The notes under the pieces: model-generated
Told to the model about the DNA's origin: nothing
The model's input: the letters and a program-made list of their open reading frames with translations, nothing else
Database searches by the model: none
Position numbers and translations under genes: made by a program
Part shown: piece by piece, positions 1-8,386 of the stretch
Position numbering within the stretch: position 1 is the stretch's first letter
How the letters are laid out: each line of letters opens with the position of its first letter
NCBI GenBank assembly: GCA_964490075.1
Contig: CAZBBK010000009.1
Span: 62,001 to 114,697 of the forward strand
From: an uncultured Gemmatimonadota bacterium
GTDB lineage: Bacteria; GCA-2686955
DNA length: 52,697 bases
Direction of reading: 5' to 3'

Positions 1-100
1 ACGGCGCGCATGAAACGCTCGGTTGCTGCTCGTTGCCACATGGTTGGAATCACCCCCCGAACTCGGAACATCTACCTATATCACGCCGAGGGGCGCTGAA

Positions 101-1030
101 TCAATGCTGCAGAAAGAGCTCGAGCTCCCGTTCCCCCGCTACCACGCGCAGCTTCTCGAGCGCCTTCTGCTTGATCTGCCGGATCCGCTCGCGCGTCAAA
201 CCGAACTCCCGGCCGATCGCCTCCAGGGTGCAAGGATCCGAGCCGCCGATCCCGAAGTAGAGGCGCACCACCCGGGCCTCGCGCTCGGTCAGCGCGGCGA
301 GCGCGCCCTCGATCTCCAGGGTCATCGCCTCTTCGACCAGGTCCTCGTCGACCTGCCGCTGCGACGCGTCGACCAGCACGTCGACCAACCCGCCGTCATC
401 GTTGCCCTGACCGGGTGAGTCGAGGCTCACGTGGCTATTGGCGACGAACAGGGTCACCGCCACCTCCGACTCCTTCAATCCCAGGTGGGCGGCCAGCTCC
501 GCGGCGGTCGGCTCGCGTCCCAGCTCCTGCTCCAGGGCCTGGGAGGCGCGTCCCAGGCGGTAGAGCACGGTCACGCGGTTCAGCGGCACGCGCACGATCC
601 TCGACTGCTCTGCCAGCGCCTGCAGAATCGCCTGACGGATCCACCACACCGCGTACGAGATGAACTTGAAGCCCCGGGTCTCGTCGAAACGCCGCGCCGC
701 CTTGATCAACCCGGAGTTGCCCTCGTTGATCAGATCGGAGAGCGGCACCCCCTGCTTGGCGTAGCCCTTGGCCACGCTCACCACGAAGCGCAAGTTGGCG
801 GTCACCAGGCGGTCGAGCGCCTCCTCGTCGCCGCCGCGAATCCGTTGCGCGAGCTCCACCTCCTCCTCGCGACAGATGAGTGGGATGCGCGCGATCTCGC
901 GCAGGTAGATATCGAGTGCGCAGTCGTCCTGGGTTTCGGTCCCGTCTTGCTGGGCCAAGCTGCACCATCCCAACAGGTTGGGGAGCTCCGCGCGGAATTC
1001 GCGCGGCGCATTGCGAGCGTCGAGGGCCAA
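101..1030 (-). CDS. RpoD/SigA-family RNA polymerase sigma-70 factor, short form without region 1.1
   Basis: Region 1.2 DIYLREIARIPL, region 2 ANLRFVVSVAK...DLINEGN.GLIKAARRFDETRGFKFISYAVWWIRQAI, region 4 TLEAIGREFGLTRERIRQI. TTG start preceded by GGAAGAGGG. Confidence 0.93.
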   Translation of the reverse strand: MALDARNAPREFRAELPNLLGWCSLAQQDGTETQDDCALDIYLREIARIPLICREEEVELAQRIRGGDEEALDRLVTANLRFVVSVAKGYAKQGVPLSDLINEGNSGLIKAARRFDETRGFKFISYAVWWIRQAILQALAEQSRIVRVPLNRVTVLYRLGRASQALEQELGREPTAAELAAHLGLKESEVAVTLFVANSHVSLDSPGQGNDDGGLVDVLVDASQRQVDEDLVEEAMTLEIEGALAALTEREARVVRLYFGIGGSDPCTLEAIGREFGLTRERIRQIKQKALEKLRVVAGERELELFLQH

Positions 1031-1108
1031 CGCCCTCTTCCGAGTGATCGGCCCGGAATCGCAAACACTTGCGTCCTGCTTTGGGGTGGTGCAGGTGCGC
1101 CCGCGCCG

Positions 1109-2581
1109 TCAGGGTGCCAAGGCGAAGTAGCGCTGGCCCCCGCCGGGAAGCTCCACGTAGACCGCGATCGGCACGTCCTGGCCGCGTTGATCCAGCGCCT
1201 CGTGGGCCTGACCGAAATCGCGCATGCCGGCGATCTCGAACTCCGCGAGCTTCTGAATCACGTAGCCGGGGCGCAGATTCGCCCGCGATGCCGGCGAAGC
1301 GGGCGCGACCGAGACGATCATCACGCCGTGATCGGCGCTCACGCCGGCCGCCTCGGCCTCCGCCGACTGCAGCGACACCACCTCGAGCCCGTGCCAGGTC
1401 GCGCCGCCGGTCGCGGACGAGGCGCTTCCCTCGTCGGCCACCAGGTCGCTCATCAGAGCCAGCTCCACGGTGAAGCGCTGGCGCTCGCCATCCCGCACCA
1501 CCACCACCTTGCCCTTGCTGCCGACCTTGGTCTTGCCGACCATGCGCTGCAGCTTGGGGATGGTCTCGACCGGGGTGCCGTTGAACTCGACGATCACGTC
1601 GCCCTCACGGATCCCCGCCTCGGCCGCCGGGCCGCCGGCCACCAGACCGCTGACCAGCACGCCTTCGGGGCCGTCCAGGCCCAGCGCCTGCGCCAGGTTG
1701 GCGTCGACGTCCTGGATGTTCACGCCGAGAAAGGCGCGCCGCACCTCGCCGTGCTCTTTGAGATCGTCCAGGATCTCTTTCACCAGCCCGATCGGAATCG
1801 CGAAGCCGATGCCGACGTTGCCGCCCGAGGGCGAGCTGATGGCGGAGTTGATGCCGATCACCTCGCCGCGAATATTGGCCAGCGGACCGCCCGAGTTGCC
1901 CGGATTGATCGAAGCGTCGGTCTGGATGTAGTCCTGGATGTCGGGCGACGCCCCACCGAAGCGCAACGAGGATCGACCGTTGGCGCTGATGATGCCGAGC
2001 GTCACCGTGCCCTCGAAGCTGGAGAAGGGGTTGCCCACGGCGAGAGCCAGCTCGCCCACTCGCAGCGTCGACGAGTCGCCCAGCTTGGCCGCCATGATCT
2101 TGCCGTCGGGCTTCACCTTGAGCAGCGCCACGTCGGTCTTGGGATCGGTGCCGACCAGCTCGGCCTCGAACTCGCGCTCGTCGAGGGTGGTGACCACGAT
2201 CTCCTCGGCCTGGTCGACCACGTGGTTGTTGGTCAGGATGTAGCCATCCTCGCTGACGAAGAACCCGGAGCCGAGCGAACGCGCCTCGCGCTCATCCGGC
2301 ATCTCGTCGAGGCGCCGGCGGAACATGTCCTCCATCCCGGGGATGAAGAAGGGATGGCGAAACTCCTTGTCGACCTTCTCCATGTGGGTGGCGCTGATGT
2401 TCACGACCGAGGGCAGGACCGCCTCGGCGGCCGATGCCACCGCATCGCTGAGCGCCTGGGCCGACGCGACGTCTTCGGCGAGGGGCGCGGTCGTCGCGAC
2501 CGCGGGGCCGGCGGCGGCCAGCGCCGCGGCGGTGATCACTGCTCGGCGCAGGGCCTTGTTCGGATTCATGGGGGACTCCAT
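1109..2581 (-). CDS. degP: Do/DegP (HtrA) family periplasmic serine protease with two PDZ domains
   Basis: Signal peptide; LGSGFFVSEDGYILTNNHVV, TDVALLKV, IQTDASINPGNSGGPL catalytic motifs; two PDZ-like C-terminal segments. Confidence 0.93.
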   Translation of the reverse strand: MESPMNPNKALRRAVITAAALAAAGPAVATTAPLAEDVASAQALSDAVASAAEAVLPSVVNISATHMEKVDKEFRHPFFIPGMEDMFRRRLDEMPDEREARSLGSGFFVSEDGYILTNNHVVDQAEEIVVTTLDEREFEAELVGTDPKTDVALLKVKPDGKIMAAKLGDSSTLRVGELALAVGNPFSSFEGTVTLGIISANGRSSLRFGGASPDIQDYIQTDASINPGNSGGPLANIRGEVIGINSAISSPSGGNVGIGFAIPIGLVKEILDDLKEHGEVRRAFLGVNIQDVDANLAQALGLDGPEGVLVSGLVAGGPAAEAGIREGDVIVEFNGTPVETIPKLQRMVGKTKVGSKGKVVVVRDGERQRFTVELALMSDLVADEGSASSATGGATWHGLEVVSLQSAEAEAAGVSADHGVMIVSVAPASPASRANLRPGYVIQKLAEFEIAGMRDFGQAHEALDQRGQDVPIAVYVELPGGGQRYFALAP

Positions 2582-2656
2582 CGGTCGAAGAGGGGTGTTG
2601 CTCGGATCCCCAACTCTACGACGATCGTCCTCCCTGGTTCCGTATCGATGTGCGGG

Positions 2657-3487
2657 TCAAAGGACGCGGACGACTTCCCTGTGGCGCTCCTGGGAGAGGA
2701 TCTGGTGATCCTCGCGGGCGCTCCGCAGACGACCCCGCAGTTTCGCCACCGCCTTGGAGTGGATCTGCGAGATACGCGACTCGGAGAGGTGCAGGATGGC
2801 GCCGATCTCCTTCAGAGTCAGGCGCTCGTAGTAGTAGAGAATGATCACCAGCCGTTCCTGTCGCGGCAGGTGCTTCACGGTCTGGATCAAGAGCTCGGAA
2901 AGTTGCCGGGTGGCCATCTCGCTGGCCGGCGTGAGCACGCGTCGATCCTCGATCGTGTCGATCAGCCGGATCTCCTTGTTGTCGTTCCCTTCCGAGACCG
3001 CCGAGTCGAGCGACTGGAAGGACATCCCCAACACCTGCGAGACCAGCAGACGCACCTCTTTCACCGAGATCTCCAGCTCCTCCGCGACCTCGGTATCGGT
3101 CACGCCGGGACCCTTGCGGACCCGCAGGCGCTCGTAGGTCGCGTCGACCTTCTTGGCCTTCTGCCGCAGCGAGCGCGGCAGCCAGTCCTGGCTCCTCAGC
3201 TCGTCGAGCAAGGCGCCGTAGATCCGCGGCCGGGCGAAGGTCTCGAAAGCCACGCCGCGGCTCGAGTCATAGCGGTCGACCGCGGCGATCAGCCCCATGG
3301 TGCCGACGCTCATCAGGTCTTCGCGCGACACCGAGGCCGGCAGCGAGGCCGCCGTACGGTTCACGATGTAGCGGACCAGGCCGGAGTAGCGAAGCACCAG
3401 AGCATCGCGGTCCTCGGGGCGGCGTTCGCTCAGGAATTTGCACCAGAGCTCATCCTGGGGGGCGGTCTGCTTGACTTCGACGGACAC
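2657..3487 (-). CDS. fliA: FliA/WhiG-family (sigma-28) RNA polymerase sigma factor
   Basis: EDLMSVGTMGLIAAVDRYDSSRGVAFETFARPRIYGALLDELRSQDWLPRSLRQK and LYYYERLTLKEIGAILHLSESRISQIHSKA. Start moved to GTG 3487 behind GAGAGAGG; the track's 3625 start overlaps the promoter. Confidence 0.92.
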   Translation of the reverse strand: MSVEVKQTAPQDELWCKFLSERRPEDRDALVLRYSGLVRYIVNRTAASLPASVSREDLMSVGTMGLIAAVDRYDSSRGVAFETFARPRIYGALLDELRSQDWLPRSLRQKAKKVDATYERLRVRKGPGVTDTEVAEELEISVKEVRLLVSQVLGMSFQSLDSAVSEGNDNKEIRLIDTIEDRRVLTPASEMATRQLSELLIQTVKHLPRQERLVIILYYYERLTLKEIGAILHLSESRISQIHSKAVAKLRGRLRSAREDHQILSQERHREVVRVL

Positions 3488-3603
3488 AGGCGGCCTCTCT
3501 CTCGGTGCCGGGATCGGCCGGCCTCGGCGAAGGGCGCCGCGGGGTCGTTCCGATCCGCAGGGGCTTTCGCGGCACGCTGTCGTGCCACGGGCCTGTTCCC
3601 GAG

Positions 3604-3619
3604 AGCAACCGGCGTGCCA
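3604..3619 (-). promoter_or_regulatory. Sigma54 (-24/-12) promoter upstream of fliA
   Basis: Minus strand TGGCACGCCGGTTGCT exactly matches TGGCAC-N5-TTGC(A/T), about 120 nt upstream of the fliA start. Confidence 0.85.
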
Positions 3620-3658
3620 CCCCATATCGCGTCATCACCTGTGGCGCAACAGCCTACC

Positions 3659-3685
3659 TGTCAACGAGTTGCAAAAAACTTGACA
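3659..3685. promoter_or_regulatory. AT-rich element: IHF-like site and/or TGTCAA-N15-TTGACA inverted repeat
   Basis: TGTCAACGAGTTG is one mismatch from the IHF consensus WATCAANNNNTTR. TGTCAA (3659-3664) and TTGACA (3680-3685) are inverted. It lies 40-65 nt upstream of the sigma54 box. Confidence 0.45.
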
Positions 3686-3765
3686 ACCCGCTCTCGACCC
3701 ACCGCATGTTTCTCATCCACCCCGGATCGAGTGCTCTCCCACCAGCGTCAAAATAGTTGGCGGTC

Positions 3766-5190
3766 CTAGACCAGGGCCGGCAGGCGCCCCTCGCGATCGA
3801 GCCGCGCCAGGGCCTTGTGGACCGTCTGCCGGGTGATGCCGAGGATGCGCGCCGTCTCCGTCTTGTTCCCCTGGGTATATCGGTAGATCGAGATGATGTG
3901 CTCATCCGTGATCAACTGCAGCTTCACCAGGCGCGGCGACGCGGCGGCGTCAGGGGCGGCGGGGGCGGTGCCGTTCTCGCCCGGAAGGGCGCGGGGCTCC
4001 AGCTCCGACGAGATCTGGTCGTCATCGAGAAAGGGCCGCACGTGCGCGACGTCGATCAGCGAGCCGCCGTTCCAGGTGATCGCCAGTCTCTCGAGCAGGT
4101 TCTTCAGCTCGCGCACGTTGCCGGGCCAGCCATAGTGCAGCAAGAGGGCCATCGCCGGACCGGTGATCGCTTCGATCGCCACGCCGAACTGGGCGTTGTT
4201 GGCGCGCCGGTAGTGGTCCAGGAGCAGTGGCAGATCGTCGCGTCGCTGGCGCAGCGGGGGGATCTCGAGCACCACCGTTTCGAGCCGGTAGTAGAGATCC
4301 TTCCGGAACGATCCATCGGCCACCATTTTCTTCAGATCGCGATTGGTTGCCGAGACGATCTGGGCCTCGAGAAGCCCTTCGCGATGGTCGCCCAGGCGGT
4401 GGAACTTCCGTTCATCGATGACGCGCAGGATCTTGGCCTGGAGCTGCAGGGGCATCTCCCCGATCTCGTCGAGGAAGAGGGTGCCGTCCTTGGCCAGCGC
4501 CAGCAGCCCGCGCTGCTCGTTGTGGGCCTCCGTGAAGGCCCCCTTGCTGTGGCCGAAAAGCTGATCCTCGAGCAACGTGGAGGTGAAGTTGGCGCAGCTC
4601 TGGGCGAAGAAGGGGTTTCCGGCACGCGATCCGCTTGCGTGCAGGCGTTTGGCGATCAGCTCCTTGCCGGTGCCGGTCTCGCCCTGGATCAAGACCGTCG
4701 CCTTTCCTCCGGCCCGGGCCACCTGGTCGACCAGGCGCAGCAGCTCGCGGATCTGGCTGCTCTCGCCGATGATCGGCTCGCTCTCGACGGTCTGCTGGAC
4801 CATGCGGCGCACCGTCTCTTGCCCGGCCGCGTGATCGGCCGCCTTGCGCACGCTGGTGCGGAAGCGGTCGAGCCGAAAGGGCTTTTCGATGAAGTCGTAG
4901 GCGCCGCTGCGCATCGACTCGACCGCCACCTTGATGTCGGCGTTGGCGGTCATCATCACCACCACGATCTGGGGCCGCTCCGCCTTGAAATGACGCAGCA
5001 ATTCCCGGCCATCGGTGTCGGGCAGGCCGACGTCGCAGAGCACCAGGTCGAAGCCGGTCAGCTTGAAATGATCGATCGCTTCGCGCCCGGTCGGGGCGGC
5101 CGCCACGGAATAGCCGTCGTCGCGCAGCACGTCCTCGATGACGCCCAGCAGCGGAACGTCGTCCTCCACCACCAGCACCGACGCGCTCAT
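3766..5190 (-). CDS. NtrC-family sigma54-dependent response regulator (REC-AAA+-Fis HTH)
   Basis: REC (VLVVEDD, LVLCDVGLPD, EKPF); Walker A GETGTGKE; LFGHSKGAFTEA; Walker B TLFLDEIGEM; FRKDLYYRL; WPGNVRELKN; HTH GNKTETARILGITRQTV. Confidence 0.95.
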   Translation of the reverse strand: MSASVLVVEDDVPLLGVIEDVLRDDGYSVAAAPTGREAIDHFKLTGFDLVLCDVGLPDTDGRELLRHFKAERPQIVVVMMTANADIKVAVESMRSGAYDFIEKPFRLDRFRTSVRKAADHAAGQETVRRMVQQTVESEPIIGESSQIRELLRLVDQVARAGGKATVLIQGETGTGKELIAKRLHASGSRAGNPFFAQSCANFTSTLLEDQLFGHSKGAFTEAHNEQRGLLALAKDGTLFLDEIGEMPLQLQAKILRVIDERKFHRLGDHREGLLEAQIVSATNRDLKKMVADGSFRKDLYYRLETVVLEIPPLRQRRDDLPLLLDHYRRANNAQFGVAIEAITGPAMALLLHYGWPGNVRELKNLLERLAITWNGGSLIDVAHVRPFLDDDQISSELEPRALPGENGTAPAAPDAAASPRLVKLQLITDEHIISIYRYTQGNKTETARILGITRQTVHKALARLDREGRLPALV

Positions 5191-6752
5191 TCTTTGTCTC
5201 CGGTCGAGGTCAGGGCCAGCGCGTCGCCGCCCGAGCGGAGCGCCGCGGCCGCCGGCAGCTCGATGGTGGCGACCGATCCGAGACCCGGCCGCCCATGCAG
5301 ATCGAAGCGGCCGCCGTGGTCCTCGATGATGCGCGCCGATATCGGCAGCCCGAGCCCGGTCCCCGTCGGCTTGGTGGTCTCGAAGGGGCGCAGCAGGCGC
5401 CTCACGTCACGCGGATCGACGCCGCAGCCGTTGTCGACCACCTCGATGCGCACGATGCTCCGGTCGCCGTTTAGACGCACCGAGATCTCGACGAAGCCCT
5501 CCGCATCCTTCACCGCGTCGATCGCGTTGCGCAGCACGTTGATCAATACGCACTCGATCTTGTCGGCGTCGATCGGCAGCTCGGGCAGGTTGGTGGGAAG
5601 ATCGAGCGAAAGACCCACATCCCGTTCGTGTGCGTCGGTCTCCACCATCTGCAGCGCGCGACGCACCACGGGCCGCAGGTCGGCTGCGCGGATATCCCTC
5701 GCGCCCGGCCGCGCATAGCACAGCAGATCGTCGAGCAAGCGCTCCAGGCGTCCGACCTCCTCGAGAACTACGGTCGCGTAGCGATGGTCCTTGCCGTTCT
5801 CGGAGGTGGCGCGGCTGATCAGCTCCGCCGCGGTCTGGATCCCGGTCAAGGGATTGCGGACTTCGTGGACGACGCCGGCGGCGAGCTCGCCCATCGCAGC
5901 CAGCCGATCGAGGCGCCGGACGCGGTTCTCCACCTCCTTCTGGTGCGAAAGATCGACGAACACCAGCACCACGCCGCGCATCGAATCGTCCGGACCCGGG
6001 ACCCGCGCGGCACTGATCGACAGGGGCTTGCTGCGCTCGCCACCGAGCCGCAGCGTGACCTCTACGTTGCGCTGGATCTGATCGCCCCGCAGCGCAGCGC
6101 GGACCGCGCCACGGTCCCCGTCGCTGAGGCGAAACGCGTCTGCGTACGAGCGCCCCAGCAAGGTGGCGACCTTGGTCTCGAGAATCGACGCCGCCAGAGG
6201 GTTGGCATAGCGGATGCTGCCCTCGGCATCGAGGAAGACCAGGCCGGAGTTCATGTGGCGAAGGATCGCCTCGTTCTGGCTCTCCACCTCGCTGACGCGC
6301 TCCCGCAGCTCGGTCCCCTGCTTCACCAAGGAGCGGTTCTGCTCCTCCACCTCCGCGACCCGCTCGCGGCGCGCTCGCGCCTCGGAGTAGGCGACGCAGG
6401 CGCGTTCCACCGCTTCCAGCAGGGTCGAAATATGAAAGGGCTTGGTGAGGTAGTCGACGACTCGCTTGCGCATCGATTCGAGCAGCGCGTCGCGATTGCA
6501 GTCGGCCGTGACGACGATGAAGAGGACCGAATCGTCGATCTCTCGAATCCGCTCCAGAACCTCGAGCCCGCCCATGCCCGGCATGGTCAAGTCGAGCAGC
6601 ACGACGTGGTAGCGGGCGGCCTGGAACTTCCCCAGCGCCGCCTCTCCGCTGGGCGCGGTGTCCACCTCATACCCCGCCTGACGCAGCGTATCTTCCAGCA
6701 GGCCACGGATGTATGGCTCGTCGTCGACGACCAGGATCGGATGGCTATTCAC
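5187..6752 (-). CDS. Cytoplasmic hybrid histidine kinase (REC-coiled coil-PAS-HisKA-HATPase)
   Basis: REC ILVVDDE...LLDLTMPGMGG; PAS; H-box GELAAGVVHEVRNPL; N-box NVLRNAIDA; DNGCG; FETTKPTGTGLGL. GTG 6752 follows GGAGG. Stop overlaps the response regulator ATG. Confidence 0.92.
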   Translation of the reverse strand: MNSHPILVVDDEPYIRGLLEDTLRQAGYEVDTAPSGEAALGKFQAARYHVVLLDLTMPGMGGLEVLERIREIDDSVLFIVVTADCNRDALLESMRKRVVDYLTKPFHISTLLEAVERACVAYSEARARRERVAEVEEQNRSLVKQGTELRERVSEVESQNEAILRHMNSGLVFLDAEGSIRYANPLAASILETKVATLLGRSYADAFRLSDGDRGAVRAALRGDQIQRNVEVTLRLGGERSKPLSISAARVPGPDDSMRGVVLVFVDLSHQKEVENRVRRLDRLAAMGELAAGVVHEVRNPLTGIQTAAELISRATSENGKDHRYATVVLEEVGRLERLLDDLLCYARPGARDIRAADLRPVVRRALQMVETDAHERDVGLSLDLPTNLPELPIDADKIECVLINVLRNAIDAVKDAEGFVEISVRLNGDRSIVRIEVVDNGCGVDPRDVRRLLRPFETTKPTGTGLGLPISARIIEDHGGRFDLHGRPGLGSVATIELPAAAALRSGGDALALTSTGDKE

Positions 6753-7401
6753 GCGGCGATGCCTCCGGTCGACCGCCGCCCCCTCGTCGATAGCACCCCC
6801 GTGCTGCGACCGAAGGCGGCCGTTCGCGCCCCGCTGGACAAGCGCTCCATTTCTCATGGAGCACCACGGATTCCACCGTCGCCCCCGCTCGGCCGCAACG
6901 CGCGCAACGACGCCCGGCCCGAGCATGAGTCTATCAGGGCTTCCTTGGGGCGCAATGACCGGTTTTTGGGGGACGGGTTCGGATTCCGCATCGGACTTCA
7001 AGCACGATGACGCGTTGCCGCGTTCGTCGCTGCCGCGCATCGCTGCCGCCCAGGCGGAGCGATCTCGAGGGCCGGCGCCCTCGGGGCATCCGGCTTCGGT
7101 CGCACACGGAATCCGACGAACACTCGGGGGGGGAACCCCCTAGATGGGATACGGTGCGCCTTGCGCCCGGAAGTCAACTGCGCGACAGACTCCTGGCCGC
7201 GCACCCGGTCGATTCTGCCTGGTCGGCGACCCGTGGGAGAAAACGCCCACGGGCTTGGGGGAAAACCCAGGTCCGCCCCGTCCAGCCCAGTCGGATCGGC
7301 CTCCGAGACAACCTGAGTCGGCGCCGGCGGCGGCGGCCGAAGGGACTGGCGGGAGCCGACTTCGGCGGGTAAAGGAGACAGCGCCCCGATTCGCCGATCG
7401 C

Positions 7402-7417
7402 TGGTACGCGCCTTGCA
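7402..7417 (+). promoter_or_regulatory. Sigma54 promoter upstream of the small orphan ORF
   Basis: TGGTACGCGCCTTGCA: GG-N10-GC spacing with TTGCA, 75 nt upstream of ATG 7492. Confidence 0.7.
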
Positions 7418-7491
7418 CTTTGCGCCGGTCCCCACCCGAATCCCCCCACCGACAGACCCGCGCCCCGCCCTGGGCGCCGAGGTGAGCGATC

Positions 7492-7719
7492 ATGGACGAG
7501 AGCAAGGATCGTTGGAACGAGCTCCGGAACTTCAACTCACTCCATTCCCGATTCCCGCTCCAGCGGCGCACCTTCCAGCGCCGATCGCTCGACGCGGCAC
7601 GTCGCAACGGCAGGCCGATCTCAGCCGACGAGGTTCTCGACTTCCACCTGACCCTCAAGGGGATCTACGGAGTCGACAAGAACGAGCGCGACTTCTTCGC
7701 GCGCTTCGCCAAGAGCTGA
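7492..7719 (+). CDS. Small hypothetical protein (75 aa)
   Basis: GAGGTG RBS, GC3-rich codons, own sigma54-like promoter, fits the gap before the convergent DUF502 gene. Confidence 0.7.
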   Translation: MDESKDRWNELRNFNSLHSRFPLQRRTFQRRSLDAARRNGRPISADEVLDFHLTLKGIYGVDKNERDFFARFAKS

Positions 7720-7722
7720 AAA

Positions 7723-8358
7723 CTACCGGGGACCGATTCGAAGCTCGGGGATTCGGTCCTGATCGGGGGCGATCAGACCGCCGGAGACGACCAACTTCAC
7801 CCCTTCCTCCACGCTGAAGGGGGTCGCCGTCAGGTCCGATTCGGGGACCAGGAGCATGAAGCCCGAAGTCGGGTTCGGCGTGGTGGGCACGAAGATCGCC
7901 GCCAGTCGATCACCGTCCGGGAGCTGGCGCATGTTTTCGTTGGTGACGAAGGCCAGCGTGTAGAGCCCCCGGCGGGGGTACTCCACCAGAATGACGCGGC
8001 TGAACTGGCTGTCGCGGTTGGAGACCATCGACTCCATGAGCAGCTTGGACGAGCTGTAGATGCCGCGCACCAGCGGAACCGTGGTCAGGATCCGCTCGCC
8101 GAACCCGAAGATCCTCTTGCCGAGCACGTTGGCCGTGAAGGCGCCGAGGATGTAGAGCCCGACGAACATCACCAGCAGGCCCAGGCCGGGCACTCGGAAG
8201 CCGATGAAGCGGGCGAGGATCGGCCCCAGAAAGCCGTCGAGGGTGACGAACACGAACTTCAGCAACAGGATCGTTGCGACCAGCGGAACCACCACCAGAG
8301 TTCCGCCTACCAGGCGGTTGCGAACGTCGGTCTGGATCTTCCTGGCGATCGAGCTCAT
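7723..8358 (-). CDS. DUF502 family membrane protein
   Basis: Two N-terminal TM segments; VPLVRGIYSSSK, VILVEYPRRG, IFVPTTPNPTSGF, SVEEGVKLVVSGG. Confidence 0.9.
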   Translation of the reverse strand: MSSIARKIQTDVRNRLVGGTLVVVPLVATILLLKFVFVTLDGFLGPILARFIGFRVPGLGLLVMFVGLYILGAFTANVLGKRIFGFGERILTTVPLVRGIYSSSKLLMESMVSNRDSQFSRVILVEYPRRGLYTLAFVTNENMRQLPDGDRLAAIFVPTTPNPTSGFMLLVPESDLTATPFSVEEGVKLVVSGGLIAPDQDRIPELRIGPR

Positions 8359-8386
8359 GGCGAAATATCGGCGTTGCGGTCGCGCG

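Noticed and set aside
431-3769. 1112-aa plus-strand ORF and similar long ORFs (3757-5718, 26518-28728, 29193-31307, 47965-49794)
   Set aside because: Antisense shadows of well-supported genes, expected in high-GC DNA; no recognisable motifs.
6753-7040. N-terminal extension of the histidine kinase ORF
   Set aside because: Not protein-like; a GGAGG RBS precedes GTG 6752 at the start of the REC domain.
7370-7400. Possible sigma28 promoter (TAAA...GCCGAT)
   Set aside because: Spacing is 11 or 19 nt rather than 15.
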